From Octopus bimaculoides (Eukaryota): a stretch of 64,000 nucleotides of DNA. Of the stretch, positions 52,482-64,000 are shown one piece after another; the first letter of the stretch is position 1; every line of letters starts with the position of its first letter. Below the pieces are notes generated by a model, which saw only the letters and a list, made by a program, of their open reading frames with translations, was not told where the DNA came from and made no database searches. Made by a program: the position numbers and the translations under genes. The stretch covers positions 31,006,614 to 31,070,613 of the forward strand of contig NC_069003.1 of the NCBI RefSeq assembly GCF_001194135.2, written 5' to 3'.

Positions 52482-54585
52482 ATTGTGCATTACACAATGC
52501 CAGCACAGGTGCATTACAGAACGACAGCACAGGTGTGTTACACAATGCCAGCATAGGTGCTTTTTACATGGTGCCAATACCAGTGCTTTTTACGTGGTGC
52601 TGGTGCAGGTGCTTTTCATGTGGCACTAGCATGGATGCTTCTTACATGGTGCTTTTTACATGGTGGATAGACGGAGACAGACAGGGGACAGAGATGTGGA
52701 TCAGCTGCAACTCCATTCATTCGTTGTTTCACATGCTTAGGCTCCTCACCTCTACATTGCTGTTGTTGCTGTGGCCTCCTTATCCTCTGCCATCATAGCT
52801 ACTGCCTAGACGACACCTCTACCTCACTTCCAGCCCAATGACATCACAGTCACCTCTCCTCGCACATTCCCATGACCTACTTCATCCACTAGGTAATTCA
52901 TATATGGTGGTAATTCCCTAAACTATGAAATCTATAAACTGGGTATAAATTAAAAAAGATGTAGTAAAAAAAATTCCAAATATCTTCTTAGTTCAGTATC
53001 AACATTTATTTAACAATTATAGTATTTAGATTTGTAAATAATTCACTAATGCACAAAAGATTCTGAGCTAAAACACCAGCATTCTTTGGGTTACAAAGAA
53101 TAAGTGCTAGGGTTACAAAGAATAAGTCCTGGGGTTGATTTCTTCAACTAAAACTCTTTAAGGTGGAGCTCCAGTATGGAAACATGTAAAAGAATAAAGA
53201 AATAAATAAATCTGAAACAGTATTTCTTTTCACCAATTACGAACACAATGATCCAGTGGATTTTTGAGATGACAAAAAAAAAAAAAACTGCTGAAAACAA
53301 ATCCGTTAGAAACCTTGTTTCTTTACCCTCCAATGTTTTCTATATCTCTCTTCTTATATTTATAATGATTATATAAGTTCTAGTTAAGTTTGAACTTTTC
53401 TTTTTGCAGTCAACAATGATAGATAACTCATCGATTATCTGAGAAAAGAATTGGAAAGCAGTGCAATGGCAACAGTAACAAATCATAATAGTATTTTCAA
53501 GAAAGATTTCCAAATTGAATTTCCTGTATCGTTCCTTTTGTTTCATCACATACAATACAACAATAGACAGTATTCAGATCGGTGTTAAAACATAGCATTA
53601 TCATACAAGCATCTTATTATTTTTTATCCTTCCTTTCTCCATATCTATACTACTATGTCTATCCTTATTATCTTTCCAACCATTCCCAATGAAGGAGCTA
53701 CAATGTGTTTTTTAATTTTCTTGAAACCACAGTGAAATCTCTCTAAAATTACACACAGCTATCTTTGAAAAGGCTGTGTTGGATAAGGTGTTCTATGCAT
53801 GCGGGAAAAAGTTGAAGGATCACAGCTGGAAAATCTTTGCAGTCAGGATTAACCCAGAGTTAAACAACATCAACAGCAACTTCAATATAACATCAGGGCC
53901 ATCTTAGCAATATAATAGGTCTCTAAGCAAATTAAAGCACTAGCCCATAGTAGTTACGCATAGATCAGGATTTGAGTCCCTAGGCTGGTGAGAGCCTTGG
54001 GCAACTGCCCAGGAGGCCTATGCCTTAAGATGGCAAGTTGGCCCTGTATAACAATGTATTCAGTGATAAGGGGTATATTTAGAAGTTGTTTAGCCCCAAG
54101 TCATTCTTGACCAAACAGACATATAACCAAAGGTTCCAGCCATGACCATCATGTCAATCTTTTTTTTTTCTCAGATATCATAGTGAGAGAAGGAAGGACA
54201 GGGTATATTACCTTTATCATCATCTCTGAGACTGGCAGCAAGAAGTAGGCTTTAAAATGCTTATATTATTAGATTAGTATTTTGGATATAATTTTCTATG
54301 TGTACTCCAGTAAATAAGGTTGTCCTGTTTTTTAGCTGGAACATAGATTGACGTAGAACAGTGTACTAGACAGGGTGAGTGGGCAGTTGAATTCACATGT
54401 GTGCAAAAGGCCAGTGGAAGATGGATAGAGATGGAGATAGTAAAATCATACTTATATCAAAGCAGCAAAGAAGTCTCCGTGTGTTCACTCAACTTACAAG
54501 AAATAGCAGCTAAGTAGCCTTTATTCTGAGCTGACAATGAAACCTTTGTGGGATCATTTTGAGTTAATAGATATATCAATTTAAA

Positions 54586-54803
54586 GGTGGTGAGTTGGCA
54601 GAAACGTTAGCACATCGGGCGAAATGCTTAGCAATATTTCTTCTGTCTTACGTTCTGAGTTCAAATTCCGCCAAGGTTGACTTTGCTTTCATCCTATTGG
54701 GGCCGGTAAATTAAGTACCAGTTGCGTACTGGAGTGAATCTAATTGGCTGGCCTACTCCCCCCAAATTTCAGGCCTTGTGCCTAGAGTAGAAAAGATATA
54801 TCA
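54586..54803 (+). mobile_element. tRNA-headed SINE family B, full length
   Basis: ggtggtgagttggcagaaacgttagc, B-box-like GAGTTCAAATTCC, core ctttcatcc..ggggccggtaaattaagtaccag, end aatttcaggccttgtgcctagagtagaaa. Confidence 0.85.
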
Positions 54804-55438
54804 ACTCAAAAATGAAAAAGCAAAATTGAATTATGTTGTCATAGAAACACTTTGGAATGTTTTTAATTATGTAGTTGTCTAGATATCCCAGGGCTTAATG
54901 ACAGTTAAACCACTAGAAACATAGAGGATACTGTAATGCAAAAACTACTTACCTGGGGCAGAATTTATATCTCGTTAGTCTCAAATTATAGCCTGACACA
55001 ATTCCAGTTTAAGAAGTATATCTTATGAAATATATTAATAAAAATGTTTACATAAAAATTCGGTGAATTCCATATCTGTTTTGAATTCCTTGATTACAAA
55101 TTCAAATTTTGCTATCCTGCCTCATGCTGTGAGGAGATAATTACCTCCCTTCGTATTAACCAGCCACCCAGAGGGCTCTACATGTGTGTTTGAAAAATTA
55201 TATTTTTCTTCCCAAATGGATGTACTTTTATAGAATTTTGATTTTTACCATTTTCATGTTTACTAAGAATTTGCTTTCAAACATTATAGCACACAAGTCA
55301 CTAAGCTAAAATATAAGTTTTATGCAGAGCTAGTTAGAGGCATGCATTTTGGGTTTTGTAGGTGAACACCATATAGCAAATGCATAAATGTGACAGAATT
55401 TGAAACCATTACTATTATTACTATTATTATAATTATTA

Positions 55439-55487
<49 letters not shown>

Positions 55488-55842
55488 GACAGTGAGCTGG
55501 CAGAATCATTAGTATGCCAGGTGAAATGCTTAGTGGCATTCATGTTTTAAGGATCGATAAAATAAGTACCATTTGAGCTATGGGAGTCGATATAGCCAAC
55601 TAGTACCCTCCCACCAAAATTTCAGGCCCTTATTATAATTAAAGCAGCATGCTGGCAGAATCGCTAGAATACTAGACAAAATGCTTAGCAGTATTTCATT
55701 AGTCTCTATGTTCTGAGTTCAAATTCTTCTGAGGTCAACTTTGTTTTACATCATTTTTGGGGATGATAAAATAAGTACCAGTTGAGTACTGGAGTATGAT
55801 GTAATCAACTAGCCCCATGTCCTAGAATTTCAGGACTTGTGA
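55488..55842 (+). mobile_element. Two tandem SINE-B copies. Other B copies at 9526-9630(-), 38640-38770(-), 43918-44065(-), 62035-62160(+), 62530-62743(-)
   Basis: gtgagctggcagaatc heads; gataaaataagtacca cores. Confidence 0.75.
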
Positions 55843-56839
55843 AGGGTTCATTTTTATTAACGAATGACAATAATTACATGAGATAATACTGTATCTGTAC
55901 CATTAGCAGGTCCTCTCAGACTGCCAAGATAATTGCGATCTTCACAACTTCACTTTGTGTGCACTGTGTGTATGTGTATGTGTGTGTGAGTGTGTGTGTG
56001 TGTGCGTGTGTGTGTGCCTGTGTGTGTGCATGCAAAATCTCGTGGAAATCGAAACTGAAAATTCTGTATGTGGTAATTTGGTCTTTTAATTTTTAGATTT
56101 TATGGAATAAAAACATCATTCCATTTATCATTTATCAATTTATTGGTTTCCATTTAGCTAAAGGAATATTTTGACATTTTGTATGATGGACTGAAGTATT
56201 GGCACTTTGTATAATATATGCAATTAGTATATGAAGAAATTGATGCTTGAAAATGTGCATGCACGCAAATGCACACATATATGATATATATACATATATA
56301 TATATATNNNNNNNNNNTATACACACACACATATATACATGTACATCTATATAGCTACATATATATACATAGATGTGTGTATGTATGTATATATATATAT
56401 ATTGTATAGATACATGCATATCTATAGACACTCACACATTCTCATAGTGTTCTTGCATAAAATTAAAAACTGAGGGAAAAAAAGTGAGTCAATAAAACCC
56501 CACCCCGCCCCCACAAAAAAAATCAATGAAACAGATAGACAAAAAAAAGAAACAAATTAGAAAAAATCATCTTTCCATGTCTTTTTTTCCTCCCTAAAGA
56601 AACATTGATATTTAGGTCATGATGCTGTTCAATAGCAAAAAGAAAAAAAAAATTAATAATAATAGTAATAATAAATAATAGTAATAAGCTTCTGTTTTTG
56701 GGTGTCTTTTTTATGTTATTATTTTCTACTGCCACTAATGGCATTAAATATTCAAAAGAACTTTGTATTCACTTTCACATTAGCTATATGTATCTAGGTA
56801 ATAAGTTATTCTTTTTAAAAAAGGCAATGTAATATATAT

Positions 56840-56893
<54 letters not shown>

Positions 56894-58293
56894 TCTACAC
56901 ACCCACATATACAGGCAATATTTTATATNNNNNNNNNNNNNNNNNNNNNNNNNNNNNNNNNNNNNNNNNNNNNNNNNNNNNNNNNNNNNNNNNNNNNNNN
57001 NNNNNNNNNNNNNNNNNNNNNNNNNNNNNNNNNTATATATGGGTAATGTAGTACTGAATCCTATTTTTCCCATTAATGCTAAATAGAAACTTGGGGAGAA
57101 AAGAAAAAAACAAAACAAGAAATTTTTTCATGAATATTCTTCAAAATGTGATAAACAACACAGAATAATTAATCTTTACAGTTTTTATTTCCTCATCTAA
57201 TACAGAAATACTATGTTTTTAAAGCAATGTTTTGCGCCTTCTTGGCAATATTCTACATATAAACTCTCCAGTTGAATGAACTTCCTTGTCGTGCATAATT
57301 CAGAAATGCCTTATATAGTTAAATAAAATGGCTTGTTATGCATAATTCAGAAATTGCCTTATATATTTATATATATATATATCTTGTTATATATATATAT
57401 GTCTTTTTATATATATGTATGTCTTTTATTTTTTACTTGTGCCAGTCATTAGACTATGGCCATACATCAAGAATTTTAGTCAAGTGAATCAATCCCTGTA
57501 CTTCTCTTCTTTTTTGTTTTTGTAAAACCTGGTACTTTATTCTATCAATCTCTTTTACCAAACTACTTAGTGGGATGGAAACATACCGACACTGGTTGTC
57601 AGGCAGTGGGTGGGAGACAAACACAAACACACATGCGCATGCATATACTGACACTCTGTCGCTTACAACATTGAGGGTTTCAGTTGATCCAATCAATAGA
57701 ACAGCCTGCTAGTGAAATTAATGTGTATGTGGCTGAGTACTCCACAGACATGTGTACCCTTAATGTAGTTCTCGGGGAGATTCAGCATGACACAGAGTCT
57801 GACAAGGCCGGCCCCTTTGAAATACAGGTACTACTCATTTTTGCCAGCTGAGTGGACTGGAGCAACAGTGAGAAACAGAAACACACAAAAAAAAGAAAGA
57901 AATTAGAAAAAAATCGTCTTTCCATGTGTTTTTCCCCTTCCCCCCTAAAGAAACATTGATTACGAGTGAGAAAGTCTATGTTAAAGCCTATAGAAAATAT
58001 ATATTATACTATAATAACATAGTAAGCACAAATGGCATTTAAAACTTAAGAAAGTTGTTTTGGTAGAATTTTATTTAATGTAGTCATAAAAGATTACATC
58101 ATAATATCAGGAAAAATTATCAACAGGTAAGATTTTAAATAGTCCTCCTGGACATAGCCAACATTTGTTAGACCAATCTACAATGTTACTTTATTTCACT
58201 CTGAGCTCTATGTGTTTATACCAAGCCATTTTCTGGCATCTTACATGTTGGTGTGCCTTGATTCTTAAGGAATCCTTATAACCAAATCATATG

Positions 58294-58353
<60 letters not shown>

Positions 58354-59700
58354 CATATACATAGATATGTGTATATACATATGCATATATATATACATAT
58401 ATGTACGTATGTATGTATGTATGTATGTATGTATATCTTATGATACTTTCTATAATTTTAGATAAACAAAGAATAGTGTTTACTCTCATGAACTGCAATA
58501 GACACTGGGAAAACTTATTGATTAGTAAAATAATCGATTTGTTGTAATTATGCAAATTACTCCAGTGTTTGCAAAAAAATTTTTTTTTTTCAAAGAAAAT
58601 ATTCAAAATCTCAGAGTAAAATTTTTTACATCATGAATTTCTTTCTTTATTTGTGATTTGTCTATGAAGCTTAACCAGAAATATCTTTTGAATAGCTAGG
58701 ATGCTAAAATTTCCAGTGAATCAACATTTAATATGCTTCATCATACACTCAGTATCTCATCCATAATAGGGTCACATTAGACATACGGCACTTCTTTGGT
58801 AGGTTTAAGACTGAAAAATGTGTTTTATACACTGGAATATACAGTAGCTAGAGTGTCAAGCAGAGAAGCCCTCGAGTTTTCCCCCAAAGTCCCAGGCCCC
58901 CAAGTCTATACAGGCTTGTACAGCAGACCCAAAAGTATTATCCCCACAAAAGCATTACCTGGGCATATGCCCCACCTCTTGACCCACCCACTTTCTAGCC
59001 ACACCTCTGATTATTATTCATTTAAAAACTCAAATGTGCATGTCTATTTCACTTTCTGGCTTGTGATGTTTCTATTGCTCTAAAAGTCAGATAAAGAAGT
59101 TCTGAGTGACATTTGTTAGTCAATGAACTGGAGCAAAAATAGAAGTCCATTTTCTTTATTTTTTTAGGTCTCGCTTTACTTTTTTTTTTTTCTTTTCCAA
59201 TATTAATAACAAAACATTCTTGAATAATTAATGCATATAATTCTGTTAGTAGAGTTTGCTAATCTGTGTTAATGGAATTATTTCACACACCTACTCAAAC
59301 ACACACATGGAATACAGAAAAGCTATTTCTAAATATTGATTTCTAGCTTTAGCACTAAAGGGATGGTAGTGAGAGGGTGTGCTGTTCACACTTTTCTAAA
59401 GGACTTCACTGACTTATGATGCTGTTGCTGTTTAGCTCCAGGTCAGCCCTGACTGAGTAGAATTATGATCAAAGGTGTTTCAGCAATGACCATTGTACTT
59501 TTTATCCAATACATATCGAATGTGTTTCTATCTATTTTATTTATTTATTTTTTTTTGGTTCATGACTGTAAGGTTTGATTTGAATAAAAGTTACTAGCCT
59601 TTCTAGCATGTCAAAATGACTACATAGGGAGTCCCTCCATTTTTAATCGATGGAAACTGAATAAGATGCAAAAACTACCATAAGAACAATTTTATAAAAC

Positions 59701-59731
<31 letters not shown>

Positions 59732-59974
59732 NNNNNNNNNNNNNNNNNNNNNNNNNNNNNNNNNNNNNNNNNNNAAATTTTGGCACAAAGCTAGCAATTT
59801 CAGGGGAGGGAGCTAGTCAAGCCCCCAAGTCTATACAGGCTTGTACAGCAGACTCCAAAGTATTATCCCCATAAAAGCATTACCTGGTCATATGTCCCAC
59901 CTCTTGAGCCACCCACTTTCTAACCACACCTCTGATTATTACTATACATAAAGACACTTATCAATTCGAATGGC

Positions 59975-61610
59975 TATATGGGGTCCACCAGAATAAAGTA
60001 GTAATCAAGGGGATCCATAGATTTAAAAAATGGTTGAGAACCCCTGATATAAACAAAAGGATTTCAAAGTCTGTTACAATTATAAAGTTTACCAAGAGGG
60101 TAAACATCTTTAAGGAAAAAAAATGACATTTTATTGAATCATTTAAGAGTTAAGGTGTTTGATGCTAAGATTAGGGCATTATTTGAAGAGTTAACTGCTT
60201 CTTCTAGCAGATCAAGTAACCCTGTAGAGGCTTCCTGACATTTAGCAGCATTTACTAGCATGCCAGTATCAATGTAATTATAGCTGGAACTTTAAGAAGC
60301 TTCAGAATGAAGATCTATTCCGGAAGACAAGGAAGGAAGCAGCCACTTTATGACAGCAAAAATATAAAAAATTTAAAAAAAAAATTTTAATTAAAAATAG
60401 AAATAAAAAAATTATAACAATAGCAATAATGGAATAGCAATAATACTAATACTAATACTAATTATAATAACAACAACCCCACAAAAATAACAATCACAAT
60501 TTCCATAACTAATAGTTATGGAAATTGTGAGTGTGCATCGAAGATAAATTGTAAAGAACTATTGTCAATGATTAATTATAGCATCAGATGTAATTAAGAT
60601 TTCTGTTATAATTTAAATAATTTTTTCTTTTAATCCCTCTAATTAATGTTAAATCACAGACACAATTATTGAATACTTTTGCAATTTAATCTTTATATTT
60701 TAAATATATTCGTTACATTTTTACATCTCTTTTTGAATAAATATATCAATTTTTAAAATTTGTGACTGGAATGTATGTATTTTTATTTTAGTATTTTTAT
60801 ATATTTTTGCATATATTTTTACTTCAAAATTTTAGTATTTTTCCTATAAAATAATTTTTGGCTCATAAAAGCTACAATAGATTTATATTCATATGACTGT
60901 CTGATCAAGAAGTTCACTTCCTAAATATATGCTTTGAGGTTCAGGCCCCATGGGTTTTCTAGTATATGATTAGCTCCAGGACAATCAAAACCTTGTGAGT
61001 GGATTTGGTAGGTGGAAACTGAAAGAAACCCGTCGTGTATATATATCTTTTATTGTTTATATGTTTCAGCCATAAGACTGCGGCCATGCTGGAGCACTGC
61101 TTTGAAGAATTTCAGTCAAATGAATTGACCCCAGTACATAGACCCCACTAGTCATACAATGTTTAAAAACTACGTTTATATATTTGTTTTGTTTTATAGA
61201 AACTTCTTTCAAAATACCCATTTTGTTTTTCACACATTAACTTGTGTAGGTTGAACTATATAAAACATGATTCCCAACTATATATTTTTTTTAATTTCTG
61301 GAGCCCTTTGAAATACTATTTTATTCTGGTGGACCCCACCATAGTCATTTAATGTTTAAAAACTAGTTTTATAGAAACTTCTTTCAAAATTCCTATTTTG
61401 TTTTTCACACATTAACTTGTGTAGCTTAAACTATGTAAAATGTTAGAGAAAGAGATCTGATTGTTTCTTGCAATACATATCAATATATACATATGGAGCA
61501 AAAATTTTTTCAGGGGCCCTTAAAATACTATTGTGGGTCCCTAATTTACTATTTTCTTGTGTGCCATCCCCACAAGGCAATCAGATATGGACCCTGTTTG
61601 AGAACCATTA
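59975..61610. mobile_element. Fragments of a hAT-like MITE family: 59975-60046 ending gttgagaacccctg, and a tandem imperfect ~190-nt duplication at 61141-61440
   Basis: tggggtccaccagaataaagtagta (59988 onward) is the inverted match of tactattttattctggtggacccca (61315-61338); a tttgagaacca end motif lies near 61590. Confidence 0.45.
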
Positions 61611-63045
61611 CCCTATACTATACTATTCAATGTGTCTTGTTCAAAGAATTAGATGTAATTCATTGAAGATTTGGCTGATATTTCTAGCAATTCAATTGAC
61701 CATGTAGAAGCTCCTTTAAAGAATTGTGTTTTGCATAAGGTCAATGTGACACTGAAGACAACTAAAAGTGTATTATTGCTGCTGTCTCTTTAAAATCTAA
61801 ATGTCATTCGCTAATTTATGAATGGAAAGTACAACCGAATAATGGTAAGCTTCTAAATACACAATCCAGTGTTTGAATTGTCATTTAGAACAGCTACGAC
61901 CTTAATACATCAACATCTAAAGATAATGAATGGAATTATACCTGTGTTTGATATGCTAGCTCGTACAACAACCCTATTGTAACCGATATAATAAAAGTTC
62001 CATAAAAGTGGCAAATTATCAAAGCCATTAAGGTAGTGGATGGAATTCCTTGTGGTATTTTTCTAGCTCTCTGCACTTTAGGTCCGAATCCTGCCTAGGT
62101 CAACTTAGCTTTTCATCTTTTGGAGGGGTCAATAAAAAAATTCCCAGTCTATGACAATGGACTGATGAAATTGTTTGAGAATCAGGCGAACTGCCTTGTG
62201 GTGTCTATTCTTGTTCATTGTGAAGGTGGATGTATTTGGCTCATGGTCATAAGGTTGTGAGTTCAATTTCTAGCAGCACATTGTGTTATTGAGCAAGACA
62301 CTTTATTTCATGTTGCTCCGGTCCATTCAGCTGTTAAAAATGAGTTGATCCTATAATCCATAGGGGCCAGCCTTGTCGCATTCTGTATCATGCTGAATCT
62401 ACTTGAGAACTTCGTTAGGGGCACCTGTCTCTGTGGATTACTCAACCACTTGCACGTTCATTTCACATGCAGGCACTCTTGGCAGTACATTGTGTCCTTG
62501 AGCAAGATCCTATAATAATGATAATTATAGTCTTTTCTATTATAGGCACAAAGCCTGAAGTTTGAGGGAGGGAGTAGTTGATTACATCGACCCCAGTGCT
62601 CAACTGGTACTTAATTTATTCACTTTGAAAGGACAAAAGGCAAAGTTGCCCTCGGCAGAATTTGAACCCAGAACGTAAAAAACGAATGAAAGGCTGCTGA
62701 GCATTTTGCCAGGCACAGTAACATTTCATCCAGATCACCACCTTAAATAATAATAATGATGATGATGGTGATGGTGATGATGATGATGATGATGATGGTG
62801 ATGATGATAAATGAATTTCTATGGTAGAATCATGTTAAAGCTATTTTATATCTATGATATAAAAATGAAAGTAATAACAAAATAATATATACGTATTTTG
62901 ATGGTAATTCGATTTTTTTTCAGTGAAATATCAAATTCAAGATTATTTATGAACAGCAGACATCAGAATGTTTTCTCCTTTCTTTTAATTAGTTTTAGCT
63001 AATTTTTTGTTTTATGAGACAAGGCAGAGATATAGAGAGATACAA

Positions 63046-63740
63046 GCACAGGTGTGGCTGTGTGATAAGAAGCTTGCTTTTTTTCAACCATGTGGGCTTC
63101 GGTTCAGCTCCACTGTACAGCACCTTGGGCAAGTATCTTCATCTTTTACTATATAGCCTTGAGATGAAACAAAAGACTTGTGAGTGGATTTGGTAGGTGG
63201 AAACTAAAAGCAGCCTGTCATGTGTGTGTGTGTGTGTGGTTTTATGGTTGTCCCCCCATCCCACCAATTGACAATAGGTGCTGGTTTGCATCCGTCCAGT
63301 AACTTAGCAGTTTGGCAAAAGACACCAATAGAATATGTACCACATTAAAAAAAAAAAAAATAGGTAGCTGTCTAGTAAGAAGCTTGCTTCCCAACCATAT
63401 GTTTCCAAGTTCAGTCCCACTACATGGCACCTTGGGCAAGTGTCTTCTACTATAGTCTCAGGCTGACCAATGCTTTGTGAATGGATTGGTAGATGGAAAC
63501 TGAAAGAAGCCTGTTGCATAGGTGTGTGTGTGTGTTTGTTTGTCCCCCCACTACTGTTTGGCAACCAGTGTTGGTGTGTTTACATCCCTGTAATGTAGTG
63601 GTTCGGCAAAAGAGACCAATGGAATAAACACCAGGTTTAACAAGACAGAATTGCCAGGGTTGATTCATTTGAATAAAAATTCTTCAAGGTGGTGCTCCAG
63701 CATGGCCACAGTATAATGACTGAAACAAATAAAAGCGAGA
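63046..63740 (+). mobile_element. Two tandem SINE-A copies: 63046-63345 (tail truncated) and 63362-63740
   Basis: Repeated head, TG tract and tail motifs. Confidence 0.8.
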
Positions 63741-64000
63741 GGATAAACAGAACAGGGCTCAATATGTTTAACAAAACTCTTGTAGTTGGTGATGATGATG
63801 ATGATGATCATCATCATCATCATTATCCTCCTTCTCCTCTTTACCATCCGTGTGCTCTTCCTCCTCCTTCTCCTCTTTACCATCCATGTGCTCTTCCTCC
63901 TCCTTCTCCTCCTCATCCTCCTCTTTATCTTCATTGTGCCTTTCATCCTGCTCCTCTTCAATATCCTCACTCTCCCCATCGTCCTCCTCCTCATCTTCCC

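Noticed and set aside
53392-53480. Strong plus-strand acceptor suggesting an antisense gene
   Set aside because: All frames stop within a few codons, and I found no consistent plus-strand exon chain in the window.
54946-54992. TACTTACCTGG resembling the U1 snRNA 5' end, or a perfect minus-strand donor CAG|GTAAGT
   Set aside because: No further U1 sequence follows. As a coding first exon it has an in-frame stop and no ATG. A UTR exon cannot be excluded but is unsupported.
63665-63994. Arg-rich, protamine-like minus-strand ORF
   Set aside because: Produced by (CCT/CTT/CAT) simple repeats and runs into a SINE tail.

Overview
AT-rich, microsatellite-saturated, gapped draft assembly. The repeat families strongly suggest an octopus (coleoid cephalopod) genome; the species is my inference. 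The window holds the 5' part of one large minus-strand gene, an otoferlin-like type-2 ferlin (OTOF). I found eight exons by reading splice signals: 42000-42058, 28340-28428, 17828-17927, 17391-17632, 8810-8898, 7683-7824, 7057-7111 and 2431-2493. All have GT-AG boundaries and compatible phases. They encode most of C2A, the C2A-C2B linker and part of C2B. Five exon lengths (59, 89, 100, 55, 63 nt) match human OTOF exons 2, 3, 4, 8 and 10 as I recall them. Exon 1 and the 132-nt exon-9 equivalent are not in the readable sequence. The introns are filled with at least three tRNA-headed SINE families (my working labels A, B, C), young RTE-clade LINE 3' ends and many RTE-tail elements, MITE/mariner fragments, two Penelope-type remnants with hammerhead-like cores, simple repeats and about 20 N gaps. 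Almost all ORFs in the supplied track are microsatellite read-throughs. I found no CRISPR array, rRNA or genuine tRNA gene, and I cannot support a wholly new biological system. The best leads are otoferlin gene structure and isoforms, inverted SINE pairs in the pre-mRNA, hammerhead-like motifs and a probably heterozygous RTE insertion. Repeat boundaries are approximate.
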